In this document: one piece after another, positions 38,433 through 48,929 of the stretch
Layout: each line of letters begins with the position of its first letter
How positions within the stretch are numbered: position 1 is the first letter of the stretch
DNA from: a virus
Taxonomy: Duplodnaviria > Caudoviricetes
IMG/VR virus record: IMGVR_UViG_3300026549_000071
Span: 1 to 64,000 of that record
Strand: one strand, 5' to 3'
Length of the DNA stretch: 64,000 nucleotides
Position numbers and translations under genes: made by a program
Notes under the pieces: model-generated
Told to the model about the DNA's origin: nothing
Database searches by the model: none
Seen by the model: only the letters and a program-made list of their open reading frames with translations

Positions 38433-38831
38433 ATGTTTGATTTCCTGATTCCAAGTTTAATTGTAATTAATACGATTCTTCTATTGATTTTTGGATATCT
38501 ATATTTCAATTTTGCAAGAGCAACTTCTCATGTGGTAATTGATATTGCTCAGCAAGTACGAAAATTAGTAGAAGACGTAGTTATGTTTAATGAAGCAAAA
38601 TCGCAGGGGTTTATTGCTCCAACAAAACCAGATATGGATGGTTTAAACATCCAGTGTTGTAACTGTGGAAAACGCATGACAAATGCAGAAGACCATAACT
38701 ATCAAATGGGTTCTGATGATTATGGCGTGAAATTAATTTGTAGTGAATGTGGATATAAAGGCGTTCATTTTCAATACTTTAAGGATGAAAAACTGAAAAT
38801 TATTATTATGCCAGTATTGAGTAAAAAATAA
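38433..38831 (+). CDS. Membrane-anchored Zn-ribbon protein
   Basis: N-terminal TM helix; CCNC...CSEC. Confidence 0.6.
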   Translation: MFDFLIPSLIVINTILLLIFGYLYFNFARATSHVVIDIAQQVRKLVEDVVMFNEAKSQGFIAPTKPDMDGLNIQCCNCGKRMTNAEDHNYQMGSDDYGVKLICSECGYKGVHFQYFKDEKLKIIIMPVLSKK

Positions 38832-38858
38832 AATCATGCATACAATATAATATTAGAC

Positions 38859-38949
38859 GGAGCGGTACTCAAGCGGTCGAAGAGGTCAGTCTTGAAAACT
38901 GAGAGACCATTCATTTGGTGCGTGGGTTCGAATCCTACTCGCTCCGCCA
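38859..38949 (+). tRNA. trnS: tRNA-Ser(TGA)
   Basis: Acceptor GGAGCGG/TCGCTCC, anticodon loop CTTGAAA, long variable arm, TTCGAAT T-loop, encoded CCA. Confidence 0.92.
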
Positions 38950-38955
38950 TTTTAT

Positions 38956-39029
38956 TCTGGCGTAGTTTAATGGTAAAGCACTTCCCCTCCAAGGAAGATT
39001 TGTGGGTTCAATCCCCATCGCCAGATCCA
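38956..39029 (+). tRNA. trnG: tRNA-Gly(TCC)
   Basis: Acceptor TCTGGCG/CGCCAGA, loop CCTCCAA, U discriminator, encoded CCA. Confidence 0.9.
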
Positions 39030-39035
39030 TTTTAT

Positions 39036-39111
39036 AGCCCTTTAGCCAAGTTGGTAAAGGCATAGCGCTTTGACCGCTAGATCGCTGGTTCGATCCCAGC
39101 AAGGGTTGCCA
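39036..39111 (+). tRNA. trnQ: tRNA-Gln(TTG)
   Basis: Acceptor AGCCCTT/AAGGGTT, loop CTTTGAC, encoded CCA. Confidence 0.9.
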
Positions 39112-39115
39112 TTTT

Positions 39116-39186
39116 AGGGTCATAGTTTAATGGTAGAACAACGGTCTCCAAAACCGTTAGTCATCGTTCGAGTCGATGTGATCCTG
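39116..39186 (+). tRNA. trnW: tRNA-Trp(CCA), 3' CCA not encoded
   Basis: Acceptor AGGGTCA/TGATCCT, loop CTCCAAA, T-arm CATCG-TTCGAGT-CGATG. Confidence 0.88.
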
Positions 39187-39310
39187 CACACATGCCCCAA
39201 TTAAGGGACTTTATATATGTTAGATGGTAATTTCATTTTGTTTGACAAATTTCTGAACCGCTCTTTGCTCATGGATCTCAGAAATACTCCCTTTCATGAA
39301 ATTACTTTCT

Positions 39311-39358
39311 ATAAAAAGATTCTATACAGTATTGGAGAATACTGTATAGAATCTTTTA
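39311..39358. terminator. Bidirectional terminator between the tRNA cluster and the RNAP beta gene
   Basis: Perfect 22-bp inverted repeat with 4-nt loop between convergent units. Confidence 0.75.
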
Positions 39359-39362
39359 TCGT

Positions 39363-40523
39363 TTATCCTTTTTCATACATATCTTTCAACTGATGTTTCA
39401 ACTCTACAAGGAGTTTCTGTGAAAACATCGTTGGAAGAATACCAATCGTTTGACGTGCAAGAACCGATGTTGCAGGAATGCAAGACTCAATTGGCTCATT
39501 TGGACGATCAAGAGTATAGGGAGCTTGATCATCTGGAATGACCAAGGCTACTGTTCCTTTCAAGGCCAGATGATGAGCCATTTTGTCACCAGGTTTCATA
39601 TTATCAGTAAATTTGATATAGAACTCAATGATGACTCCGTGTTCAATCTTATATCCTTTGACAGCACCTGCTGCATTTGGTTTTACAGGTCCATCAATCT
39701 CATAGAAGGTACTTCCTTGATCGGATGGATCGGTAATCTTATATTTCCGAATCAGTTTCTTCTTCTCACGAATTCCCTTCCAGTATTTATCAACGATACT
39801 ACCAAGAGATTTCGAGAGATCAGAGATTTCTTCTGTGCTATAGATGCGAATCTCATCTACAACCCCAGAGTATTTTGAGCTCAACGTATTCTTTGCCATG
39901 GATTTAATATCTTCCCGAAGATCTTTACCAATACCACGGAGCAAGCGGTTTACGGATTCTTCATCTGCGGATTGCTCATACGTAATTAATGGCTGACCAA
40001 CGAGAATCTTATCTCCGACGTTTACAATCTGGGATACCGTAGCATTCGGACCAAGAATGAGATGCTTTTGCATAACCATCTCCGTTCCCATACGTTTACT
40101 TAAACCTTCCGTAATCATATTGGAATCTTCAAAGGTCGCAAATGAACTCATAATGGCAATCTTAGAAAGCGTACCAAGATTGAACTTGGCTCCATCATAA
40201 TGATAGCTATAGTAATCCTTATTCTGTGCGAGAATATCATCTTTCTTAAAACGTTGACCTACCTTATACATAGGCAACATCTTATTTTCCAGATAGAATC
40301 CACCACCGGCATTCTTCACCATAATGCCATTCAGATTAATGGCTTCATATTTCCCATTCTTATATTCTGCTACCATCATATTCGTCTTTTTATCAAATTC
40401 CACAATTTTACCATCGTCCTGTGCTTTAATGACAAAGTCTTTCGATGCCATATAAGGCATCGCTTTTTCAATGCCAGTAGATAACAGAACCGGGCACATA
40501 TCTTTTACTGGAATCAAATGTTT
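39363..40523 (-). CDS. rpoB: Phage RNA polymerase beta (large piece), exon 2
   Basis: TFEDS (GYNFEDS equivalent), PGDKMAHHLALKG (GDKMAGRHGNKG equivalent), ends after VLARQTIG; joins exon 1 in frame. Confidence 0.88.
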   Translation of the reverse strand, partial: KHLIPVKDMCPVLLSTGIEKAMPYMASKDFVIKAQDDGKIVEFDKKTNMMVAEYKNGKYEAINLNGIMVKNAGGGFYLENKMLPMYKVGQRFKKDDILAQNKDYYSYHYDGAKFNLGTLSKIAIMSSFATFEDSNMITEGLSKRMGTEMVMQKHLILGPNATVSQIVNVGDKILVGQPLITYEQSADEESVNRLLRGIGKDLREDIKSMAKNTLSSKYSGVVDEIRIYSTEEISDLSKSLGSIVDKYWKGIREKKKLIRKYKITDPSDQGSTFYEIDGPVKPNAAGAVKGYKIEHGVIIEFYIKFTDNMKPGDKMAHHLALKGTVALVIPDDQAPYTLDRPNEPIESCIPATSVLARQTIGILPTMFSQKLLVELKHQLKDMYEKG

Positions 40524-40821
40524 CGTTGTATTCACATGGGTCGTTAATCCATGCAGTTCTCTTATGAACTTCTATATGTCACCATATAGTCCAGACTATA
40601 TCTTTATTCCTATTACTAGGAATTGCTCCATTTCGATTTAAGGGATTTTCACCCACTCACTTGAGCCCTACTCCTATTGCCGAATTTCACGGCTCCATTT
40701 GGATAGTCGTTGAACCTTCTCTTTCGAGCTTGGCTGCTGATTGTCTCTTTTTAAATAGAGAGTTCCCAGCAATTAAGAGCTAGGAGAATCATAGATTACT
40801 CTATGAAACGAACTAAATTTA
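40524..40821 (-). mobile_element. Group I self-splicing intron (IA-like, 298 nt, no homing endonuclease ORF)
   Basis: P AAUUGCUGGGAAC (40762-40774), Q GACAAUCAGCAGCC (40732-40745), R UUCAACGACUA (40704-40714), S AAGAUAUAGUCU (40593-40604); 5' exon ends in U, intron ends in G; splicing restores ASKQN-KHLIPV. Confidence 0.92.
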
Positions 40822-43818
40822 ATTCTGCTTCGAGGCCATAGCGGTACGAATGGCATCATCCATGGTAACACCAATGCCATTCACAAGTTCCGAATAACCA
40901 AAGAGTTTCGTCTGATCCATTTGATCAGGAGATTCTTTGCAATCAATGAAACCTCTTGTATTGGTTACTTTCGGATCAATGGTCAATTCACGTACCACAC
41001 CACAGTTTGCATCTGGAGATGTACTAATCGTCATACAGCCAATCATCGTTTGATCAAAGCAACGTTTTTCTTTTGTATAAGAACGTTCTAGGTTGATACC
41101 AGAAGGTCCTTTACATGTGATTGCACGTTCCTTTTCTTTTTCTGTGATTGGATTAATGATTGACACATCTTCTACGACGTTACTCGTCAAGATTTCTTTG
41201 ATGATAGCATCTTTCGGTAACGAAATCTTTTCTGGTGTTGCATATTTTGCCTTACGTTTGTAATTGGAGTATGATGCAGAAAGTGCTTTATAGAGATAAG
41301 CACTAATCATTTCCAAGTTACGTACACGGAATTCTGTTAAGGAAAGTTCCGATGAGGAAGCATTATCCGACAGAAGATCGGACGCTGCAAGCATCAATTG
41401 TACGAAATCCGTAGGCAAATCCATTTGCTTTAAGATCTCTTCACTGATTGGATCAATCATATTATCATAATACGCATCCAAACCAGATGCCAATGCACGA
41501 TTGCTATACTTCATATCAAAGAAATCCAAGTATGGCATTTGTGTATCGAAATCAGAATAGTTATATGCTTTCGTATCAATAAATGTCAATCCGCTCATAA
41601 GAAGAGAATGAGCCGTTGGAGTTAAGCTGTATACGAGATACCCATCTGCGAACTGAATGGCTGCTTGATCAACTCCAAGATCTCTCGGATTCTTATCCGT
41701 AAAATGATACTGAATACCTTCCTTATTCATGACGGTTGTTAAACCTTCAAAATAGCTAAGGAAGATAATACTCGGAATCATCTTATTCATAACCTTGCAA
41801 GCAGAATACATGAAACGCTTACCTGGTTTATCTTTTGGACCTTGAAGATCCCAGAAGTTCTTTCCAGTTTCTTTCTCATAGATATGAACGAATGTATCAA
41901 TAGGTCCATTTAACGTTTCTTTTCCATCATCTTTTTCCGTTCCATCGGATTCAATGGGACAGACGTATGCTTTTATCTTTGCATTCTCACGTCCATCATA
42001 AACACAGTAAATGTATTTATCATCATTGATATCTTCCAGTTTCTTATCATGGCGAAGTTCATCATAGAACTTTTGATCAAACTTCAAACCGATTCCTTTT
42101 CCACGAATGGTAATCCCTGAGAATTCTTTTGCAAGAGAATCATACTCAATCGAAGTCATATGACCATTATTGACACCCATACCATTTCCTCGTTTTACCT
42201 TGAAAATGGCAGGATTATTTGCAATGATTTTCTTGAAGATCGTTACCTTCGGAGAAACTGTATCGCCTAAACGATATACAAAGATCTTATTATAGTTCGT
42301 GCAAACCTGAACACGATCCGCAGAGATTTTAATCAACGGTTTCAAAATCTGCTGATTGACGAATTGCTTTCTGTTACCAGCAAGATAGAGATAGTTGTTA
42401 TCATAGACCTTAGGAATATCTACCGTGACACTGTGACGAACTCCATCTTCCGTCTGAAGTTTTACCGTCCAAGTTTCCTTCAGATCCATTGCAGTTGATG
42501 TATCTTCACGTTTGATGTTCGTAATCACAGCAGGAAGATTTTTCTTCTTATTCAGGGAACGAAATACATTGATGATATCCTTATCCTTGACGTTTTCATT
42601 ATACGATTTATTGATGTTATCGAAACGAATTTTCTTTACGCTCTTATTTGGCGTAAAGAGTTTATCCGAGATATCGTCCGATTCAATCGTATAATCAATC
42701 TTTGAAGTATCTTCCAAATCTCCTAAGGAGATATTATCCAACTTCAGTTCTTTCTGTTTCTGACGAAGTGCTTGAAAACGTTTATTTTCCGGAGCTGTAC
42801 GATTCATCTCCTGAAAATTCGTATCAATGGCTTTCTTCGCCAATTCCATCTCATCTTCAGTAAGTTCTTCATGTGTTTTGACAGGATCTTCCTCTGTAAG
42901 ATCTGCCTTTGGTTCTTTTTTATCAACGATTGTAGTCGATGCAGGAGTAGGAACTGCACGAGGAGATGATTTATCTTCCTCTTCTTTTTCCTTCTGCTGA
43001 ATCTTTTCAACTTCTTTTTCTTTCTCGATTTTCTCTTCTTCCGTTTCTGGAGAGAGATCCAAATTGATTTCTTTTGATTTGCATTTATTCATGCAAGAAT
43101 AGAGTTTCATACTGATTTCTTTTTCCGTATGACTCATATCCCAGTAGAACAAACCAAACGTATCATCGAGAATAATCAATGTATAATCCTTTAATGGCTC
43201 TAAACCTTCAGGATCTTTCTTTAGGAGTTCATAAAACATTGAAATCGGATTCATCATCTTCTGATTAATGCTCATGACTTTCGAACGATTACTGGTACTA
43301 ATTCCCCACGATTTCGTATCCAAAATCAGGTAACGGTGTTCATGGTTCAATCCAGCACAAACTGTTTTCAGGTAACGAGCAAGATGCCGCACATACGATT
43401 TGCAGAGTATGGGATAATTCTTTCCCTTAGAATGTTCCAAGAAAGCACTATTTACATCACTCGTATCCACAAAGATATTCTTATTACGAACTCCCGCTGG
43501 TTTCGTATAGAGTGTTAATTTGAGTTTCTTTACATCATTCGACAGTGTTGCGATTTCACTTGCATCCATCTTTTCACGGATGGTTGTTGTGAAGATCTTA
43601 TCCGTATAACGAAACGGTTTATAATACCGAGCAAATTTAGAGTCTCGATACAGTAACAGATTCTTCAAGATATCTGAACACTGTGTTGGGTTTTTAATCA
43701 AGAGACCAATGAAAGTTCCTTCCAAAGGTTTCTTTGGATCATATGGGAGTCGGGTAAGTGTGGTCTTATATTTCAATTCACCATAGTCTTCCAGTTTATT
43801 CGCCATATGAGAATTCAC
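40822..43818 (-). CDS. rpoB: Phage RNA polymerase beta (large piece), exon 1; spliced product 1385 aa
   Basis: RAITCKGPSG, STSPDANCGVVREL and DDAIRTAMASKQ align with RpoB LGPGG, ETPEGPNIGL and DDANRALMGANMQ; long N-terminal extension. Confidence 0.88.
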
Positions 43819-44461
43819 CTCCTACAGAATATATGTAAACTCTTATAGTATTAGGGGAATGTCAAATCGATGAATTCGTTATAATATCTTATACTTCATC
43901 TACAAGATATTAGGAGGGAAGAAATCCCTCTTAGATAATTGAGATTACTTTGTTTTTGAGTCCCATTGGTTCTAAGACCATGCCTTGTTCCGTAGGATAC
44001 TTGATATCTCGAAGGTAGATATGAAAATTTCGAACGACCATAAATGACGTAATTGTCAGTTATTGCAAAAACACATGTGTAGAGTGAGAATGGATTCATC
44101 CAAAATTCATACGTGGTTTGACGAGTTTGACACCGAATTCATTCTCACTTGCTATTATTCTACGTTATAACATCATTATTACCATAGAACGATTCATCGT
44201 TCTATGGTATATTTAATTTGAAGTTTGTACTAACATATCATTGAAGGAAATTCACAATTAACTCCTATTGAAGTCGCGTCTACAAATCCTTCAGGGGCTC
44301 CAGTTCTGTGTTTTCTTCGCGTCTCCTTTTGAACTATCCAAGGAATTTGAAATATAGAATTCCTTGGATATTTTTAATGGATTCAAAAATGGAATGAAGT
44401 ATATATTATACTTCAGAATAAGTTTTTCACATATATTACAATCGAAGGGGTTGAATTACAA

Positions 44462-45106
44462 ATGGTAATGAAACGATTGGATATCCGTATTTTCCATGGA
44501 AAGATTGAGGTATACCCAAAGGTTGGTGACATGAATGTTTCCTATAAGGATAACATCGCGTGTATCACAACTGGATCATGGTATATCGAAGTACGGAGAA
44601 CAGCTACAATTATTAAGTGCAGTTCTAAAGCTATGGTAAAGAGACGGAATTTTCGGATTCATACAATTCAGGGAAGTCTCTTCCTGTACAATTCGACGAA
44701 TGACTGGCACTGGAATTTCCGGAAGAAGAAATTACAACACCAATTGGATATGCTTCAGATTGATCGCATGGTTTATTTGAATGAACCATACTACGAAACG
44801 GAAACGGTCATGAAGAAAGAAAACAATAAGTTTATTCCATGCGAAATTGAAGGTGTTTATACACTTCAATATCGCAGTGATGCTATGGATTTGAACATAA
44901 AGAAGGATCATATTAAGATCCAAGATTATGCTGTTATTCCAGTAAAATTTACGTTTGAGAAATATCTTCTCTTGCGTACAACACCAAATCATCATGTGAT
45001 TTATCTTCATCACTGCAAAATGAAAGATATTTTTGAAGAATTGACTTCAGCCATCCAAACCGATGGATTTGAAACAAAACCTTTGAAGGAGATTGAGGCA
45101 CAGTGA
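44462..45106 (+). CDS. Hypothetical protein
   Basis: 214-aa ORF; TATATATTAT motif at 44400. Confidence 0.7.
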   Translation: MVMKRLDIRIFHGKIEVYPKVGDMNVSYKDNIACITTGSWYIEVRRTATIIKCSSKAMVKRRNFRIHTIQGSLFLYNSTNDWHWNFRKKKLQHQLDMLQIDRMVYLNEPYYETETVMKKENNKFIPCEIEGVYTLQYRSDAMDLNIKKDHIKIQDYAVIPVKFTFEKYLLLRTTPNHHVIYLHHCKMKDIFEELTSAIQTDGFETKPLKEIEAQ

Positions 45107-45840
45107 CACTTACAGAAATGCAGAAACAAATGGAAGATGAACGGATGGAATCTCATTGCTACGAAGATAACAATGCAGATACGGCTAAAGCGTTTATTCG
45201 TAAGAAAGTTATTCCTTGCTATATGAATTCTCCTTTCAAAACGAAAGGAAAAGATTTCATTGAACGGGAAATGGATTTGGTGACGAAGATTTTCCAATAT
45301 ACGGAGATTAAGAAGGATGTAACAGAAGTACGTCTTCTTATGGCAGCAGCATTCTATCCGATTTCTCTTGTATGGGAACAAGAACCAAAACTGAATCGTG
45401 GGAATATGGGATTCTGCTCTCAGAAGATTGTAAAGAACTATTGGGAAGATGAATTGATTCCGTATACTCATCATAATAAATATGCTCCAAGTTGGATTGA
45501 TGGCATTTGTTATGCAGATGGAATTAATTCGAAGCGTTATCATATGTCAGCATATTCCATCTATGGAGAATTTGTACATGACGTATATCACTTGGCGAAT
45601 ATCATCAATATGGGGTTTGAGGATTATATGAAAGCATTAGAAGAAGACTATGCTCTTCTTTATCCGAAACGTAGCTCTGAGAAACTTCATTCGACGGCAA
45701 TTAATCGTCTCCGTACACGTTATGGAATCAATGGGATTTACAGTATTGCAACGAAAGAGATTCGCAATTGCATTCCCATTCAGAATCGGTTCTTTGATTT
45801 TCAGAATTTCATTGAAAAAGAATATAAGAAACTCAACTAA
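45103..45840 (+). CDS. Hypothetical protein
   Basis: Coupled 245-aa ORF, terminator downstream. Confidence 0.7.
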   Translation: MTLTEMQKQMEDERMESHCYEDNNADTAKAFIRKKVIPCYMNSPFKTKGKDFIEREMDLVTKIFQYTEIKKDVTEVRLLMAAAFYPISLVWEQEPKLNRGNMGFCSQKIVKNYWEDELIPYTHHNKYAPSWIDGICYADGINSKRYHMSAYSIYGEFVHDVYHLANIINMGFEDYMKALEEDYALLYPKRSSEKLHSTAINRLRTRYGINGIYSIATKEIRNCIPIQNRFFDFQNFIEKEYKKLN

Positions 45841-45927
45841 TGAGAAGAAATCTATGGTTTATTTCCATAGATTTCTTTTTTCTTGAATAGATTTTGCACA
45901 AGGTTGTAAGACCCATAAGAATGTGAG

Positions 45928-46974
45928 GTGATTGCTTTGGGAATTACATTTATGGAAGCATTAAAAAATGTATTCTCGTTTCATTCTGATCCAAACGACC
46001 CTAGTGGAAATCATACAATAGAGAATGATTCATCTCCGGATTCGAATGAGGAAAGTATCAAGGATGATGAGCAAGAAGAGCAATCATCAAAAGAAACGAA
46101 AGATATTCGTAGATGTGAACATTGTGGAGAAAAGATGGAATTGTATCGTTCCATTGATACATCGTTTCTTAGCATTGTGGTATTTCATTGCCCAAATTGT
46201 AATAATTACAGAGAGCTGGATTATGAAGTACCGTCGCAACGAGTATTGAAAACTATTGATCTCTATAATACAAAAAATCAATATATGTATTCTTTTGCAG
46301 ATTCTTCTCTTGATCCGAATGTAAATAGTTTTAGTTTATACCAATTATGGGATATTTGTGGATGTATATGCTATCCAGCATATGTGAAGATTGGAGAGAA
46401 TGAGGCAGCAAGGATGGTATTTATTCAAGCAACGGATCATCCAGAGAAATATGAAGCTCAACGAGCATTCATCGTCACTAGCAACAATATGATTGCCGAG
46501 ATTATGCTCGGTAGATCATCGTTCGTATACTTCATATCAAATCCGTACCTGAGTAAAATTCCACATCCTGACTATATCTACGTATCTCTTCCAACGGAAA
46601 TCAATCCATCCATTTCTACGGTCATGAATGTACGATATCGTATTACGAAACGTGATTTTGATGAAGATAATTACTGGATTGAGATGAACTTCGTAGAAGA
46701 CTTTCCATTCCATTGTTTTGGGATTGAAGTAGAACTGAAGTTCATTCATAAGAAATCTCTTGGTGAACTTTCTACGATGGATTTGATTCACTCCATTCAC
46801 TTGCGTGAGATTATTCTTGGGGAATCAGAAATTCAACTGAGTGAAGGATTCTATATACAATCTTCTCGTGTGACGAAAGTGAATCTCTTTGAAATTGCAA
46901 CGAAGGTAATTCCACAGGATACAAGAAATCAAGTCTATAATGATATCTTACGTTTTGTGGATGCCATTGAGTGA
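45928..46974 (+). CDS. Hypothetical protein with Zn ribbon
   Basis: CEHC...CPNC; CACA-N6-TA motif at 45897. Confidence 0.7.
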   Translation: MIALGITFMEALKNVFSFHSDPNDPSGNHTIENDSSPDSNEESIKDDEQEEQSSKETKDIRRCEHCGEKMELYRSIDTSFLSIVVFHCPNCNNYRELDYEVPSQRVLKTIDLYNTKNQYMYSFADSSLDPNVNSFSLYQLWDICGCICYPAYVKIGENEAARMVFIQATDHPEKYEAQRAFIVTSNNMIAEIMLGRSSFVYFISNPYLSKIPHPDYIYVSLPTEINPSISTVMNVRYRITKRDFDEDNYWIEMNFVEDFPFHCFGIEVELKFIHKKSLGELSTMDLIHSIHLREIILGESEIQLSEGFYIQSSRVTKVNLFEIATKVIPQDTRNQVYNDILRFVDAIE

Positions 46975-47068
46975 TTGAATAATTCATGGGATACTAACAA
47001 TATCCTATGAATTATTCAATTCCTTGATAAAATATATATTATAACATGAGAGGAGTAATGAAATTACA

Positions 47069-47245
47069 ATGTTAGGTGTTATGTTACTTTGTATTGGTGT
47101 CGTTAGTATATTTCTTGCATACGTAACCCATGATAGTTATTACTTCAAGGGAATGGATCGTGCGCAAGGAATTTGTTTCGCCATTGGAATATTATCTGCC
47201 TTTGGGTTTGCATATTACGTCGTAAATTTCTTTATGGAATTTTAA
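47069..47245 (+). CDS. 58-aa two-TM membrane peptide missed by the ORF track (MLGVMLLCIGVVSIFLAYV...)
   Basis: Manual translation; AGGAG and TATATATTAT (47033) upstream. Confidence 0.55.
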   Translation: MLGVMLLCIGVVSIFLAYVTHDSYYFKGMDRAQGICFAIGILSAFGFAYYVVNFFMEF

Positions 47246-47306
47246 ACACCCAAAGACATCATGATAGAAATTTTAGTTTACGTGTTTCAAAAGGAGGAAA
47301 TGTATA

Positions 47307-48083
47307 ATGTTTAATGCAAATGCCGTAAGAACACCAGCTCAATCAGTGAATACAAATGGTATTCAGTTTTATGCTGATGCATCTACACTCAATCTAAACT
47401 TTTGGTCTACGACAGTCGTAGCAAAAATTGCTCCGGCAAAACCTCAGGCAGAGCGTACGGAAGGTACCAGATATTATGATTATCAGCAGGCAATTCGTAT
47501 GACACTTCCTGCTGATAAAGCAGTTGCCCTTGGCCATTTGATCGAGGATAAAATCATTCCAGCATGTGAAAAAGGTGAAGCAGCTCATGTAGGTCTGGTC
47601 AGCTCTAAAGTAAACATGATCTACGTTTCTACAGGTGTGGATGAAACCGGTTCGGTTAATCCGATGGTCAGTATTTTTAATAATATTGATGAATCGAAGA
47701 AAGCCGGGAAGGCTTTGACCTTTGTATTCCAGAAACGTAGGTTGTTTAGCAAGTACAATCCTGAAACGGGCGAATCCGATTATGATGATACCCCAATGAT
47801 GGAATTACAGGCACTCGCAGATTTCCTGAAGAATTCTATTCTTCTGTTTGGGCATACTGCTCATGCAAGCAACTATTACAATGCGGATGCAAACTTCAAG
47901 CGTGATGATTTCATCAATCAGGCAGCATCGCGTATGAATTTTACGGTTCAACAGCCGGTTCATTATGCATCTCGTCAGGCACAGAAAGATCCGTGGTCGA
48001 GTGATAATAGTGCATCGAATCAGGAGAATGCAGCTCCTGTAAGCAGTGCTTCTTCGATGGATGATATTTCTGGTCTGCTTTGA
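47307..48083 (+). CDS. Probable ssDNA-binding protein
   Basis: Beta-rich core, low-complexity linker and acidic-hydrophobic tail MDDISGLL typical of SSBs; inference only. Confidence 0.4.
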   Translation: MFNANAVRTPAQSVNTNGIQFYADASTLNLNFWSTTVVAKIAPAKPQAERTEGTRYYDYQQAIRMTLPADKAVALGHLIEDKIIPACEKGEAAHVGLVSSKVNMIYVSTGVDETGSVNPMVSIFNNIDESKKAGKALTFVFQKRRLFSKYNPETGESDYDDTPMMELQALADFLKNSILLFGHTAHASNYYNADANFKRDDFINQAASRMNFTVQQPVHYASRQAQKDPWSSDNSASNQENAAPVSSASSMDDISGLL

Positions 48084-48168
48084 TACTATAACGAAAGAAA
48101 GTAAGCAACGGATTGCTTACTTTCTTTTTTATCCTTAGTAACGAAATGATAAAAGGAAGTGAGTTTGA

Positions 48169-48867
48169 TTGGAAGTACAGAATGTTCCACGAACCATTGA
48201 ACTTCGAAAAGCGAATGTTCTCTTTGAATATGATCATGTATTAAAAGATCCGGATGCTTTCATCTTGAAAACGGTTGCAATACATTACCCGAAGAAATTC
48301 GCTGAGTATATCAATATTCCAAAGATTAATACAATGACGTATGATACGTTATCTTCTGAATTAGTTCTACGGAGAGAAGAAGATGTATTGAAATGGGCGT
48401 CATTAAAGCCGTTTGATTTTCAAAAGAACTATGAATATCTATATAAGAAGTTCAAGAATATGTATCGAGATTCTAGAGAACTATCTATGTATGGATCTGT
48501 AAGGACGTTTTCCCATGCATACTGTATTGGTAGTGTTTATATATGGAATCGTACAGATGATATTCGTCAACGATTAGATTTAGTGAATGCCGTAGGGAAA
48601 AGTGAAGTCATCAAATACGTCACAGGGCCATTAGATAAAGTAATTCGTCAGTTAAAACCGAGCATGGTATATCACCATTCTGCAAAAGTAGTCGCTGATT
48701 TGAATGAATATGAAGATTTTCCAAATACCTATTTTGCAGTTGCGAACTATCAATATAACTTCGAAGATAACAGTACATTTTACTTGAAGTATGATCTTCC
48801 AAAACGGAAGAATATTACGATCTTTCGAGTGATGGATGCAAAGAATGCAAACCTTTATAGAGGGTAA
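48169..48867 (+). CDS. Hypothetical protein
   Basis: 232-aa ORF; weak HAD-like VLFEYDHVLKD start. Confidence 0.65.
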   Translation: MEVQNVPRTIELRKANVLFEYDHVLKDPDAFILKTVAIHYPKKFAEYINIPKINTMTYDTLSSELVLRREEDVLKWASLKPFDFQKNYEYLYKKFKNMYRDSRELSMYGSVRTFSHAYCIGSVYIWNRTDDIRQRLDLVNAVGKSEVIKYVTGPLDKVIRQLKPSMVYHHSAKVVADLNEYEDFPNTYFAVANYQYNFEDNSTFYLKYDLPKRKNITIFRVMDAKNANLYRG

Positions 48868-48929
48868 TTTTTACCCTATTTGACATCAATGTATATGTTA
48901 CATATAAAGCTTTTAGGAGGAAGAATGCA

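Noticed and set aside
40524-40821. Homing endonuclease inside the intron
   Set aside because: The intron is only 298 nt and has stops in the exon frame; there is no room for an endonuclease ORF.
39363-43818. RNAP beta read as a pseudogene or as two independent genes
   Set aside because: The gap is a complete group I intron whose removal restores the frame and the conserved motif.
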